Source: a virus. Taken from it: a stretch of 64,000 nucleotides of DNA. The DNA lies in IMG/VR virus record IMGVR_UViG_3300021957_000004; one strand, written 5' to 3'. Made by a program: the position numbers and the translations under genes. Numbering within the stretch: position 1 is the first letter of the stretch; every line of letters starts with the position of its first letter. This document shows positions 34,446 to 46,900 of the stretch, piece by piece. The notes beneath the pieces were generated by a model that did not search any database, was not told where the DNA came from, and saw nothing but the letters and a program-made list of their open reading frames with translations.

Positions 34446-36823
34446 TGTCACACGATAAAGAATATAGCTCACCAGGATACGTAGAAACCGTAGTGTCTTC
34501 TAAGAAGAAAACAAAAGAGCATATTAATTATAAACAATTAGTTCCATCAGAGATATTACAAAACTCCTCTAGGATGGAATCTTTGATGAAGTCATATTAT
34601 ACCTTTATGAATTTAGAGGAGTTTATATATTCACAAACTAAAACATTTACAGATGTTGTGCTAGATGATAAAGCAGTATTTAGAATATTGGATCCAAAAA
34701 ACGAGAATGATGAATTCTTTACAGATGAAACAGGTGCTGAATCTACATTAGTTATAACTGATACCGATGGAACAACTACCCCAATCTCTTTAGATCCACA
34801 AAACGTAGCAATTACAAATGGTAATGAATTACCTGGAACCTTAGCTATAGAAACATCTGAAATTGGTAAAACATATACTGTTACTGGTTTATCAACACAT
34901 AATTCTAAAACAGCAACATTAACTACAGTGATTAAAAACTGGGTTGGACCAGGACCTTCGAACGTAATGAATACAATCGAAGAAGCTATGGATATAGATG
35001 GCAATGCTTCTAACTATTTAGAGTTTATGCAAAAAGAAATAGCATCAGCTATTCCAAGAGACGTAACAGTTAACAAAAGAAATTTATATAAGAATATAAT
35101 TGATTTTTATAAAGTAAGGGGATCAAGTGATAGTATAGAAATATTCTTTAGATTATTATTTAATGAAGTGGTAGAAGTAGAAAGACCTTACGATAAAACA
35201 TTAATACCTTCAAGTGGTAACTGGGATTCAGGATCAAATGCATTCTTGGATAACAAAGGATTTTTATCAGATAGAATAAGAATACAAGATAGTTTAAGAT
35301 ATCAAAAGTTTAGTTATTTAATTAAAACTGGTAAAAATATTTCTGATTGGTCAGATGCTTTTACAAGATTAGTTCATCCAGCAGGTTTTAAATTCTTTGG
35401 CGAGATTTTATTGCTATTAAACTTTGTTAATATAGGTACGGTAAACAATAAAAAAATGATGAGTACTCTGGCCAGATTATTTTCTGCAATGCCAGGTATA
35501 CAACCAGGTGTAATTGGGGTTGAAGATTTACCAGTATTAGTGGAAATGTTTGCATCTGCTTTCTTACCACAGGTCACAGCGAATATTCACCAAAGTGCTA
35601 CACTTTCTACCTCATTAAAGAATGGGGTAATTACCGGATCATCTATTACTAATGGTGGTACTGGATATATAGTAAATCCAACACTGACATTCTCTGATGG
35701 CTCTAGTGGAAAAACAATTCCTGTAGGTGCCGCGGCGGGGACAGATGGTTTTGGTACCGTAAATTCTATTGGATTAGGTGATGGTGGAAGAGATTTCCAA
35801 GCACCAACTGCAACATTTTCTGCACCAGAACAACATGTATTTAATGGATCAAGTTCATCTATAGTGAGTACATCAGCTAACACTATAACATTAACTGCTC
35901 CACAAGCAGCAGTATTCCAGGCAAATGATCAACTAACATATACAGCTGATGTTGGTGCAATACCAGGTTTAGTATCTGGAACAGCTTATTTTGTTAAAAC
36001 TAAAGTGGGTAATGCTATAACCTTATCCGCAACAGTAGGTGGAGCAGTAATTAGTCTAACAGGGGTAGGAAGTGGAGCAGTTCACAAATTCCAAGGTGTA
36101 ACAGCTACAGCAACATTTGTAAAAACAGATGGTTTACTTGATGTTGTAACGATAGATCAACCTGGATTTGGATATTCATCTGCACCGACTGTTGGACTCA
36201 ATGGTACTGGTACTAATATGAATAATCCAGTTGTGACACTTACTATTGATTCTAAGGGAAGAGTCAATGGTGTAACTATTTCAGATAGGGGTTCTGGTTT
36301 CAACACTATATTCTTAACCCCAACAGGTAATACAAACGTAGGTAAAATAGCTGCTATAAATATAATTGAAGGCGAACCTAAAAATTATAGAGTTGCTCCT
36401 ACGTTAATAATTGATCCTCCGACTGCTAAAGATGCAGATGGAGAATTATCAGGAACAAATGTACAGGCAGTAGCTACATTACCTTTAGATGGTAATGGAA
36501 ACTTAACTGGCTCAGCAGCAATATCTAATTTTGGTAATGGTTATATATCAGAACCCCAAATTAGATTAGGAAGTCAAGTACATAACGAAATTCGTGCTAA
36601 GGATGTACAAGATATATTAATACTATATCTAAACCATAAGGAAGATCGTAGTGAAACACTTGATGAAACACATCTATTTGATCTAAAAGCCCCGTTTGAT
36701 ACAACGGCAAGGTTATACGATCAAAATGGAACTTTAGAACATTTTGGGTCCACAGAGATCCAAAACATGAATACAACTAGTATAAATAGATATAACGTGA
36801 ACAGTTTTGTTCATACAGATTAG
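34445..36823 (+). CDS. Baseplate wedge initiator gp7-like
   Basis: FYKVRGS..SIEIFFRLLF, IQDSLRYQKFSY, LVHPAGFKFFGE; lies between gp6 and gp8. Confidence 0.75.
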   Translation: MSHDKEYSSPGYVETVVSSKKKTKEHINYKQLVPSEILQNSSRMESLMKSYYTFMNLEEFIYSQTKTFTDVVLDDKAVFRILDPKNENDEFFTDETGAESTLVITDTDGTTTPISLDPQNVAITNGNELPGTLAIETSEIGKTYTVTGLSTHNSKTATLTTVIKNWVGPGPSNVMNTIEEAMDIDGNASNYLEFMQKEIASAIPRDVTVNKRNLYKNIIDFYKVRGSSDSIEIFFRLLFNEVVEVERPYDKTLIPSSGNWDSGSNAFLDNKGFLSDRIRIQDSLRYQKFSYLIKTGKNISDWSDAFTRLVHPAGFKFFGEILLLLNFVNIGTVNNKKMMSTLARLFSAMPGIQPGVIGVEDLPVLVEMFASAFLPQVTANIHQSATLSTSLKNGVITGSSITNGGTGYIVNPTLTFSDGSSGKTIPVGAAAGTDGFGTVNSIGLGDGGRDFQAPTATFSAPEQHVFNGSSSSIVSTSANTITLTAPQAAVFQANDQLTYTADVGAIPGLVSGTAYFVKTKVGNAITLSATVGGAVISLTGVGSGAVHKFQGVTATATFVKTDGLLDVVTIDQPGFGYSSAPTVGLNGTGTNMNNPVVTLTIDSKGRVNGVTISDRGSGFNTIFLTPTGNTNVGKIAAINIIEGEPKNYRVAPTLIIDPPTAKDADGELSGTNVQAVATLPLDGNGNLTGSAAISNFGNGYISEPQIRLGSQVHNEIRAKDVQDILILYLNHKEDRSETLDETHLFDLKAPFDTTARLYDQNGTLEHFGSTEIQNMNTTSINRYNVNSFVHTD
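36781..36788 (+). promoter_or_regulatory. T4 late promoter TATAAATA
   Basis: Exact consensus shortly upstream of gp8. Confidence 0.65.
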
Positions 36824-36834
36824 AGGAAACGAAA

Positions 36835-38424
36835 ATGACAGCAATAGTCACATCAAAATTCAGAACAGTTAACGCTGAGAATTTTAAGGAAGATATCGGA
36901 GCAAATAGCGTATATGTAGCTATTGGTAAACCAGATGTCTGGTCTTTTACAACATCAGATACAACTGATACAACCCCATTTACCCCAAATGATCATAGTG
37001 ATGACATTGGTGAAGCAAGAGCAAACCTTATGGCTATGCAAAAAGTTTCGTCAACAGACGTTACTCATGTCGTACCAAGATACACATGGGCTACTGGATC
37101 AGTGTATTATGCATGGGATTCTAACGATGGAGCAATATTTGATAAAAAATTCTATGTAATTACATCAGAGTTTAAAGTTTATAAATGTATCATTGCACCA
37201 GCAACAGCATCTACTGTTCAACCAACACAAACATTAACTGCACCAACACCAGAATCAGATGGTTATACATGGAAATATATGTATACCTTAACTGTTGCAG
37301 ATTCAGAAAAATTCCTAACCACTTCATACCTACCAGTTAAGACCGTTTCCCTTGGTGGACAAGGTACAGTATTAGGAGCAGTTTCTTCAAGCGCGACTGT
37401 TATACTATCAGAAATTAATTCAAAAATACATACTGGAATGACAGTATCGGGTACAGGAATCTCTGGAACACCAACAGTTCTATCTATTGCAGGTTCAGTA
37501 CTCACTTTATCAGCAGCACAATCTATATCAAATGCAGTTATTTTAACTTTTGCATATGCTACCGATGGAGCAGCAGAATTAGCTTTATCAGAAGGAGATT
37601 ATGCACAATATCTTAACCAAAAGGCTTCAAGAGACGTTGCAAATGCAGCTGGTATCGAGAGAATAGAAATTAGTAATGGCGGTGGAGATTACTCTGCAAA
37701 ACCTACTGTAACTATTACAGGTGACGGAACAGGCGCAACAGTATCTGCCGGTAATATTACAATGAGTGGTTCTGGTTCAACACAAAGTGTTGCTAGTATT
37801 ACTTTAAACAATAAAGGTAATGATTATACTTTTGCAGATATTTCTTTCTCAACAGGTTCAGCATCAGCTAATGCTACAATCGCACCACCAACAGGGCATG
37901 GAACAGATCCAGTATCAGAATTAGGTGGATTCTTCGTAGGTATTAATACACAACTATCCGGCACAGGCGGAGCAGGTGCAGACTTAACTGTTGGTAATGA
38001 CTTTAGACAAATATCTTTAATTAAAAACCCAACTAATTATGGAACAACAACTATATCAACAGCTTCTACATTAAAAGCTATGAGCTATTTAGATTTTGCC
38101 GATGGCGTAACAGTAGCTAATTACACAGTGGATGAATTACTAGTTGGTGGAACATCAGGAGCTCAGGCTTACGTAGTTTCTATAGATAGTGGGACTGGAT
38201 TTATTTACTACACACAAAATAGTAAAACCGGATATGGGAATTTTGCAAATGGCGAAACAGTTACTGGACAAACCTCTTCTACAGCAGGAGCATTACACAC
38301 GAGTGCAAATGGTAATCCAGAAGTTAATCGTAGTTCAGGTGAAATGTTATTCCTAGAAAACAGAAATCCTATTAATAGAACAACTACACAGATTGAAGAT
38401 ATAAAAGTAATTATAGAATTCTAA
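36835..38424 (+). CDS. gp8: Baseplate wedge subunit gp8
   Basis: VPRYTW, VYKC, DGYTWKYMY, DFRQISLIKNP, SGEMLFLENR.PI.R...Q.EDIKVIIEF. Confidence 0.9.
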   Translation: MTAIVTSKFRTVNAENFKEDIGANSVYVAIGKPDVWSFTTSDTTDTTPFTPNDHSDDIGEARANLMAMQKVSSTDVTHVVPRYTWATGSVYYAWDSNDGAIFDKKFYVITSEFKVYKCIIAPATASTVQPTQTLTAPTPESDGYTWKYMYTLTVADSEKFLTTSYLPVKTVSLGGQGTVLGAVSSSATVILSEINSKIHTGMTVSGTGISGTPTVLSIAGSVLTLSAAQSISNAVILTFAYATDGAAELALSEGDYAQYLNQKASRDVANAAGIERIEISNGGGDYSAKPTVTITGDGTGATVSAGNITMSGSGSTQSVASITLNNKGNDYTFADISFSTGSASANATIAPPTGHGTDPVSELGGFFVGINTQLSGTGGAGADLTVGNDFRQISLIKNPTNYGTTTISTASTLKAMSYLDFADGVTVANYTVDELLVGGTSGAQAYVVSIDSGTGFIYYTQNSKTGYGNFANGETVTGQTSSTAGALHTSANGNPEVNRSSGEMLFLENRNPINRTTTQIEDIKVIIEF

Positions 38425-38432
38425 TATAAATA
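38425..38432 (+). promoter_or_regulatory. T4 late promoter TATAAATA
   Basis: Exact consensus in the gap before ORF 38452. Confidence 0.75.
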
Positions 38433-38451
38433 TTAGAAACAGGTAAAAAAT

Positions 38452-41400
38452 ATGGCAACAAGCAAAGTTAAAAACTATAACATCCCACCATACTACGATG
38501 ATTTTGATGAAACAAAAAATTATCATAGGATCTTATTTAGACCAGGATATGCAGTACAAGCAAGAGAATTAACACAATTACAAACTGCTTTGCAATCTCA
38601 GATAGATCGATATGGTCAGTATGCATTTAAAGATGGTTCAAGGGTATTGGATGGTAAGGTTACAGTTAATACTAAGTATGACTTTATTAAACTTAAATCT
38701 TCTTTTGATCACAGCGTTGGAGGATCATTAAATACAGATACTTACTTATCAGACTTTTTAGGATCAACTATTACTGGTTATGCTAATGGTACAAACAAAG
38801 TTACCGCAAAGGTAATAGGATTTGAAACTAAAACAGATGCTTCTAATCCAAACACTTTATATATTTCATATGAAAGTAAAGGTGGAAATGATAGAGACGT
38901 TGGTACGTTCGTAGGTGATGAAGAAATTATTTCGGATGCAAATACAGTTTCAGGTAATGTTCGATACGGTGAATTAGTTGCTAATAGTGGCACACCAACA
39001 GGATATGGTTCAGCTGTTAACGTAGAGCAAGGCGTATACTTTATTGCAGGTACATTTGTTTATGTAGAAGCACAATCTTTAATTTTAGATAAGTATACAA
39101 ATACCCCAAGTTATATTGTTGGTTTATCAGTCACAGAGAATTTAGTTTCTTCTGATACTTCTGGCCATTCAGCATTGGTTGATAATGCTGCAGGTACTCC
39201 TAACTTTGCAGCTCCAGGCGCAAATAGATATCAGATCTCCACATCTTTAGTAAAAGAACCTTTAGCAATTGCTTCTAGATCAACAGGAAATTATATTCCA
39301 TTGGTCACAGTGGAATTAGGAAAAGTCCAATTCGATAAAACAGATAAGAATAATGACACTGCCCTTACTCGTAGATTAGCAAGACGTACTTTTGAAGAGT
39401 CTGGAAATTACGCAGTACAACCTTTTGAATTAAACATTAGAGAATATTTAAATGATGGTTCAAATAAAGGATATAAAACAAATACACAAATCGTAGCAGA
39501 CGGAGATGCAGGAAGTAATTCAGCTGGTACAACATTTGGTTCTTCTAGATTAGCAGTTGGTGTAGAACCATCAGTAGCTTACGTGAAAGGATTCAGGAAT
39601 GAAAACCTTGCAACTAAATATGTTAAAGTAGAAAAGCCAAGAGGAGCAGATGCTACTAATGATGTTAATAATGCTACAACACAAATTAGATTAGGAAATT
39701 ATATTAGATTAACTAATTCAACTATTTCTGGTATACCAGATATTAATAATTTCACGCCAATTACTTTACTGAATCAATCTGGTTCTAATATTGGAACTTG
39801 TCGTGCAAGAGGTATGGAACAACCTATAATAGGTACAAGTGGATATACAGCATTATATATTTTTGATATTGCTATGACTGGCGGAGCTACATTTAATCAG
39901 GTAAGAGCAGTTTCACAAGCAGGTACACCAGCATTTTCAGCACATTTAATTAATAAGACTGGATCAGTTGGTCCATCTCCACAACCATCTGCAAATTCAG
40001 ATGCATTAATATATGATTCTGGTTTTAGTTCATTAGTATATAAATTACCATACGATGCAATAAAATCACTTAACACAGCAAGTGAAGATACTATCTTTAG
40101 ATCAAAAGAATTGTTTACAGGAACTTCAGATGGATCAGGTAGTATAACATTCTCAGTATCGGGAACAAATACATTTGTTGATAGTGATGATAACTTAATT
40201 TTTGCAACAGGTGGAAACTTTGGACAACTAGCTAATTCCGGTGGAACGTATAACTATACTACATCGAACACAACTACACTTACAATTGGTGGACTTCCAA
40301 CAAGTGCTGTTATTAAAGTATTAGCAACAGTGCAAAGAAACGAAGCAGCTATTCCCAAGACAAGAGTACCCAATGCAACAAAGGCAGCTACAGTAAGTTC
40401 TGGTTATATTGGATTAGCAAAAGCAGATATCATTCGAATAGTTTCTATCACAGATGGAAACAGCCTAGATGTTACAGAAAGATTTTCATTAGATAACGGC
40501 CAAAGAGATAATTATTACGGAGTAGGTAAAGCAGTTCTTAAACCTAACTTCCCAACTCCAACCGGGACATGTACAGTCACATTTGATTATTATTCACACG
40601 GTGCAGGTAAATATTTCTCAGTAGATTCTTATCCAGCATTAGATTATAGTACTATACCAACTTTTACGGGTATTAATGGGGAATTACAACTAAGAGATTG
40701 TATTGACTTTAGACCAAGAAAAGATGATAACGATGCAAACTTTACTTCTTCTGGTTCAGCATTAACTGTTGCACCACATCCATCTTCTACATTGACTGCA
40801 GATATAACATACTATATGTCACGTATCGATAAGCTATATGTAAACAGAGAAGGCGAATTCTTAATAGAAAAAGGTGTTCCATCAGATATTCCTAGTTCAC
40901 CAGAAGTACCAGATGATGCAATGGCATTATATGACTTACAACTTAAGCCATACGTATTTTCTTTATCAGATATAAAACCTAGAATTATTGATAACAAACG
41001 TTATACAATGAGAGATATAGGTGGATTAGATAAACGTATTAAAAATTTAGAATATTATACTTCATTATCTTTGCTAGAACAAAGTGCAGCTGATGCTCAT
41101 ATAGTAGATGCAGCTGGATTAAGCAGATTCAAAAATGGATTCTTAGTAGATTCATTCCGTGGACATCAAGTTGGTGATACTGCAAATAATGATTATCAGG
41201 TATCGATTGATAAGAATAATGGATTACTTAGACCTAAGTTTGATGAAAGAAGTGTTAACCTAATTAGAAAAAGCGGTGATTCAGGTTCAGTAGTAATTAG
41301 TTCTTCATTAGCTCATTTACCTATAGCATCGAATACAACTATTATCGAACAACCGTACGCGAGCTCGTACGTAAACGTAAACCCGTATAACGTATTTTCC

Positions 41401-43725
41401 TGGGATGGTGTAGTTAAACTTTCACCAGACTCAGATGAATGGAAAGAAGTTGATCAGCGTCCAGCTATTTTAATCGACGATACTTCTCAATATGATCAGT
41501 TTGTTAAAATGGCTGAGGAACAAGGTATATTAGGTACAGTTTGGAACGAATGGGAAACAAACTGGTCAGGCCAAGACATCCAAGAAACATTCCAAAGAGA
41601 ACAAATTATTGGTGGTGGACCAAACGGGGAAAATATTAAAGAGACAACAACTACTACTACAACCACAACTTCTAATCAGTCAAGAACAGGATTAAGAAGA
41701 GACGTTAGTTTTGATGTAGTTAAAAGAGAATCAGCTAGCAGAGTGGTAGAGGTTAACTTTATACCATTTATGAGATCAAGAGAGATATTCTTTTCAGCTC
41801 AAATGTTAAAACCAAATACTAAATTCTATGCATTCTTTGACGGATCAGATATTACAGCTTATTCTAAGCAAAAAGCCTTTGAAGAGTTTGCAGGTAGATC
41901 TAATATTGTAAACCATAGAGATGCTACATCTCACCCTGATTCAAGTTCAGGCACATTGGTATCAGACGGTAATGGTGATCTTGATGGTTCAATTATTATA
42001 CCAAACAACTCAGCATTACAATTTAAAACAGGTTCAAGAGAATTTAGATTAACAGATTCTCCTACCAATACAATTGCCACAGAAACTTCTTCAGCAGAAG
42101 CACAATATCAGGCAAGAGGATTATTAGAATCTAAACAATCAACTATTACTTCTACAAAGGTTCCACAGTTATCAACACAGGAATTAAACGACGGAAGATC
42201 AATTGTAGAAACAGAAGTTTCAGAAACAGTAGAATGGATTGATCCAATTGCAGAATCAATATTAATAACAGAACCAGGTGGGACATTTGCAACAAGCGTA
42301 GATATATTCTTCCAGAGTAGAAATGCTGAAAACATTCCAGTTAGATTAACAATCAGAGAAATGGAAAATGGTTCACCAACGCAAAGAATTGTACCAGGAG
42401 CAGATAAAGTATTAGCACCAGGTTCAGTTAATATATCAGCAACAGCAGCTTCAGCAACAAACTTTGTATTTGATCATCCAGTATTTTTAGAACAAGATCA
42501 CGAATATGCAATCGTACTTACTTCTCAGTGTGATGATTATAATGTTTGGATTGCAGAAATGGGTAAATTTGATGTTGCAAATCAATCATTCAGAATTACT
42601 AAACAACCATATAACGGTGTATTCTTTAGTTCAGCTAATGCTTCCACTTGGACTGCAGAGCAAGCTAAAGATCTTAAGTTTAAATTAAACTCAGCGGTAT
42701 TCCAGACATCAGGCGAAATAACATTAGTAAATGATATATTACCTGTTAGAACTTTACCATCTAACCCATTTACAACTGCATCCGGTGATGCTACAGTGAC
42801 TGTAAATCATCCTAACCATGGTTTACCTAATAATAGTTCTAAGGTAACGTTTGATAATACAGATAATGTTAACGGGCTTACAGGAGCTAGTCACATTGAT
42901 GGACAACGAACTGTTACAGTAGTAGATCACGATTCTTATACGTTTGAAGCTGGAACAACAGCAAATGCAACTGGTTCAGGTGGTGGTACATCTGTAACCG
43001 CTACAGAAAACAGACACATTGATGTTATGAATAACTACATACAGAATTTAACTTTACCGAATACACAACTAAGGTTACATGCTACAACATATAGCGGTAA
43101 ATCTATAAGTGGAACAGAAACGCCTTATCAAGCACAACCAGAGTTTGAAATATTACCGAATTCAAATGTTATATTTGCAGTTCCAAGGTTAATAGCTAAT
43201 GCTGATAATGAATCACAACAAGGTAATAATAAAGGTTATGCATTAAGATGTTCAATGAGCACAACTAAGACTAACTTAACTCCTCTTATTGATTTAAATA
43301 GAGCTTCAGTAGTTACAGTACAAAATAGAATCAACTCAGGATCAGCAACAGAAACTGCAGCATCAGGCGGAAATAACCTTGCAAGATATATTACTAAAAC
43401 AGTAGAACTGGCAGATGATGCAGATGTAATTACAGCTTTCCTAGCAGTAAATAGGCCTTCTGCTTCAAGCGTAGAATTATATTATAGAGTACTAACATCT
43501 GGTTCAGCTGCTTCAATGGTTGATACAACATGGGTATTAGCTACACCAACTGCTTCTATTTCTATTAACGATAACCCAGCGATATTTGAAGAAGTACAAT
43601 ATGATTTAGATCCATTAGGAGCTAACGTAAGTTTTGGTTCAATGCAATTTAAGATTGTAATGAGATCAACAAATACTTCAACTGTTCCATCAATAAGAGA
43701 CTTTAGAGCCATTGCGGCAACGTAG
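38452..43725 (+). CDS. Large virion structural protein (DUF4815 / VrlC-like)
   Basis: PYYDDFD..KNYHRILFRPGYAVQARELTQLQ, LARRTFEESGNY, RYTMRDIG.L.KRI.NLEYYTSLSLLE, terminal DFRAIA. Confidence 0.85.
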   Translation: MATSKVKNYNIPPYYDDFDETKNYHRILFRPGYAVQARELTQLQTALQSQIDRYGQYAFKDGSRVLDGKVTVNTKYDFIKLKSSFDHSVGGSLNTDTYLSDFLGSTITGYANGTNKVTAKVIGFETKTDASNPNTLYISYESKGGNDRDVGTFVGDEEIISDANTVSGNVRYGELVANSGTPTGYGSAVNVEQGVYFIAGTFVYVEAQSLILDKYTNTPSYIVGLSVTENLVSSDTSGHSALVDNAAGTPNFAAPGANRYQISTSLVKEPLAIASRSTGNYIPLVTVELGKVQFDKTDKNNDTALTRRLARRTFEESGNYAVQPFELNIREYLNDGSNKGYKTNTQIVADGDAGSNSAGTTFGSSRLAVGVEPSVAYVKGFRNENLATKYVKVEKPRGADATNDVNNATTQIRLGNYIRLTNSTISGIPDINNFTPITLLNQSGSNIGTCRARGMEQPIIGTSGYTALYIFDIAMTGGATFNQVRAVSQAGTPAFSAHLINKTGSVGPSPQPSANSDALIYDSGFSSLVYKLPYDAIKSLNTASEDTIFRSKELFTGTSDGSGSITFSVSGTNTFVDSDDNLIFATGGNFGQLANSGGTYNYTTSNTTTLTIGGLPTSAVIKVLATVQRNEAAIPKTRVPNATKAATVSSGYIGLAKADIIRIVSITDGNSLDVTERFSLDNGQRDNYYGVGKAVLKPNFPTPTGTCTVTFDYYSHGAGKYFSVDSYPALDYSTIPTFTGINGELQLRDCIDFRPRKDDNDANFTSSGSALTVAPHPSSTLTADITYYMSRIDKLYVNREGEFLIEKGVPSDIPSSPEVPDDAMALYDLQLKPYVFSLSDIKPRIIDNKRYTMRDIGGLDKRIKNLEYYTSLSLLEQSAADAHIVDAAGLSRFKNGFLVDSFRGHQVGDTANNDYQVSIDKNNGLLRPKFDERSVNLIRKSGDSGSVVISSSLAHLPIASNTTIIEQPYASSYVNVNPYNVFSWDGVVKLSPDSDEWKEVDQRPAILIDDTSQYDQFVKMAEEQGILGTVWNEWETNWSGQDIQETFQREQIIGGGPNGENIKETTTTTTTTTSNQSRTGLRRDVSFDVVKRESASRVVEVNFIPFMRSREIFFSAQMLKPNTKFYAFFDGSDITAYSKQKAFEEFAGRSNIVNHRDATSHPDSSSGTLVSDGNGDLDGSIIIPNNSALQFKTGSREFRLTDSPTNTIATETSSAEAQYQARGLLESKQSTITSTKVPQLSTQELNDGRSIVETEVSETVEWIDPIAESILITEPGGTFATSVDIFFQSRNAENIPVRLTIREMENGSPTQRIVPGADKVLAPGSVNISATAASATNFVFDHPVFLEQDHEYAIVLTSQCDDYNVWIAEMGKFDVANQSFRITKQPYNGVFFSSANASTWTAEQAKDLKFKLNSAVFQTSGEITLVNDILPVRTLPSNPFTTASGDATVTVNHPNHGLPNNSSKVTFDNTDNVNGLTGASHIDGQRTVTVVDHDSYTFEAGTTANATGSGGGTSVTATENRHIDVMNNYIQNLTLPNTQLRLHATTYSGKSISGTETPYQAQPEFEILPNSNVIFAVPRLIANADNESQQGNNKGYALRCSMSTTKTNLTPLIDLNRASVVTVQNRINSGSATETAASGGNNLARYITKTVELADDADVITAFLAVNRPSASSVELYYRVLTSGSAASMVDTTWVLATPTASISINDNPAIFEEVQYDLDPLGANVSFGSMQFKIVMRSTNTSTVPSIRDFRAIAAT

Positions 43726-43733
43726 GATACATT

Positions 43734-43952
43734 ATGCCAAGAAAGAAAAAAGAAAACCAAGTAGAAATAATTGATCAACCTGATCTAGTTAAAGATACTA
43801 CTTCACAAGCAGTTATAAATAATAACACATCTGCTTTATTAAACCGAAGAGCACAAATGAATGCTTTAAGAGTTAAAGATCAAGAGTTAGATGATATTAA
43901 AAAAGACATCAAAGAATTACAAGCTTTGGTTAAAAAATTAGGTAAAGGATAA
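43734..43952 (+). CDS. Hypothetical protein
   Basis: 72 aa; LVKDTTSQAVIN followed by a coiled coil. Confidence 0.7.
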   Translation: MPRKKKENQVEIIDQPDLVKDTTSQAVINNNTSALLNRRAQMNALRVKDQELDDIKKDIKELQALVKKLGKG

Positions 43953-46900
43953 TGGCCGAAAATAAAGAAACCAGAATATTAAAATCAAGTTCCATTGAAG
44001 AACTCAGACAAAAGTCTAATGAGATTTCCTTTGGATTAGGGGATAAAACTTTATTAGATTCAGATATATCTGATAAGGTATTTAGTCATACGGCAGCAGC
44101 TGGTGATTATTTAGTTTCTCCTGCAACTACAAGGTTTGAATATAAACCTGAAGAGACAATTGATAATACTGCAGGATATATCCTTTTAACTGGAAGTCCT
44201 ACGGTTGGTGCAGGTTTTTCAGCAGGTTCAGCGGTCACACAAAGTGGAGGATATTCCGCTACTATAGTAAGTGCTTCTACTAATAAAATTCTTGTAAAGA
44301 ACTCCAGTGGAACATTTAGTTCTAGTTCTACATTAACAGCTGGTTCAAGTACAATTGCAGGTTCTGCTATTCGAAGCTTAGTTGCTGAATCATACAAAAA
44401 AGCAGAAGTAATTGTAAAAGTAGGATCAACAGTTTATACCCAAGACTCTACCTCTACTACTGGATTTCATATACCAAATCATGCAGGATCAGTCACACTT
44501 ACTGGAAGTCCTGATGTATCGGATTTTGAAGAAGGCGCAGTTGCATATCAAGGATCAAACCTTGCAAATGCTACTTGGCAAGGAACAATTTTAGATTGTT
44601 CTTCTACATTATTAAGAACAAAAACAGTTTCTGGTTCATTTAGCGCATCAACACAAATAAAAGTTGATGGTGGTACAGATACAATTGCAGGATCAAACCA
44701 TGGCGATATAACAAACGAAGATGTAACATTTGGAAAACTTATTGAATTTAATACTCCGTTAAGTGTAAATGATGCAGTTGTAATTACATCAACAAATTTA
44801 GTAGATGCTATTAACGAAGTACAAGATGATATTGGTACAATCAGTTCATTAGCTTCTGGTATATCAAATAGAACAGACTTAGTAAATGCTACCAACTCTC
44901 TTAAAACAGAAATCGGTACAGCTTCTCTAGACACATCAGCAAATTCATTAAGAGGTGCAGTTAATGAACTACACACAGAAATAGTTTCTAATGATACAGA
45001 TATTGCTACAATCAATACTAAGCTTGGAACAATTACAGCAGGAGCATTTGGAACGACAGCATCGACAGTAAGTACTGCAATCGCAGAATTACATACTGAC
45101 GTAGATGCTAGATTGATGTTAACGAAAGGAACATCACAAACAATTAATGGTAATATATCATTTAGTAACGGTAAAACATTTACATTCCCATCGGGATCTA
45201 CACTAGATATAAGACAAGGTTCTATATTAACTGGATCTGGTGGTGGTGAATTAACATTTGATACCGCATTCTTAACCCTGATAGCTAATGATACAACAGC
45301 AGCTGTTAACCAATTTGGTCTGGAAGGACGAAGAGTTGGTTCAGGTAAAGATGTAAGAATACAATTTAATGAAACCCAAGTCACTGGAAACAAAGAAGCA
45401 AGAGCATGGCAGTTACAAGGATTAGATGATTCTAATGCTTCAAACACTGCCGATATAGTTACATTCTATAATGCTAAAGAATTAGTTTCCAGTAATACAG
45501 AAACAGGTATTGATGTAACATGGGATTCAACAAATCAAAACTTTGATTTTGCTTTATCAGCAGATCCAACTATTACATTGGCTGGCGATTTAGGTGGAAC
45601 AGCAACATTAACTAATTTAACAAGTGCTACATTAACAGCAACTATTCAGGCTGGTTCAGTTGAGAATAGTATGTTAGCTGGTGGTATTACTAATGCTAAT
45701 TTAGCTGGTAGTATTGCAAATGCTAAATTAGCTAATCCAAGTATTACAGTAAGTGATGGATCAAATACAAGTCCAGTTGCTTTAGGTGGAACATTAACAT
45801 TCGCAGGAACATCAGGCGAAGTAACGGTAGCAGAAAATGCTGGAACAGTTACAGTTGGATTACCTGATAACGTAACAGTTGGTGGTAACTTAACAATTAC
45901 TGGTAACTTAGATGTTAACGGAACACAAACAACTATTAATACATCAACATTAGAAATAGATGATACATTAGTATTAATGGGAGCTTCAAATTCAGAACCA
46001 ACAACAGGTGGTTTCGGTTTAGAAACAAGAAGCTTCACGGGCGTAGGCACGCACTCGAATAATGCAGCAAACGTAACTGGTTCACACTCTATTGTATATA
46101 ACTTTGCAACAGATAGATGGGAAGCAGATGGTTCATTAATATTATCAAGTGCTACCCAAGGTGCACCTAAAATTGAAGGACAGTTATTTGAATCCAATGA
46201 TAATTTACAATTCTCAGCTGGCTCAGGTTTAACCGAATCAGTTTCAGTATCAGGTCTTAACACAACCGTTACATATACAAACTCAGATAAAGGTTCTGAT
46301 GTAATGACCTTTAAAAATGTAGCTTCAAGTTCAGGTACTGCGGTTGCAGATAATAATACTGACACACTTACTATACTAGGTGGTAATGATTTATCAACAT
46401 CAGTAAGTGGAGACACATTAACGATTCAACATGATAACTCGGGCGCAAATGCAGGAAGTTATGGAGCACAACATACTGTTCCAAGCATTACAGTAGATGC
46501 AAGAGGTCACGTAACAAGTATTTCTAATAATAGTGCAATCACACTTTCTTCATTAGGTTATACAGGTCAAACAAACGCAAATAATTATTCATTTAATATT
46601 GACGGTGATAGTGGAACATCTAACGTTATATCCTCTGGAGAAACATTTGAGATAGAAGGTGGAACTCACTGTTCAACCGTAGTTGAATCTAACAAAATTA
46701 TTATTAATTCTGTAAATACCGAATATGACACATCCACTGGGTTAACAGATAATAACTTTACAAATGCATTAAAAACTAAACTAGATAATATAGCAGGCAG
46801 TGCGAATAACTATTCATTTTTAATTGGGTGTAATGGAACAAGTGGAACTTCTACAATAAACAATGGTAATACTTTAACTGTTAATGGTGCAGGAGCAACC

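Noticed and set aside
44548-46416. Long minus-strand ORFs (299 and 256 aa) and similar ones across the fibre region
   Set aside because: Shadows of T/S/G/A-rich fibre genes whose codons give few stops on the reverse strand.
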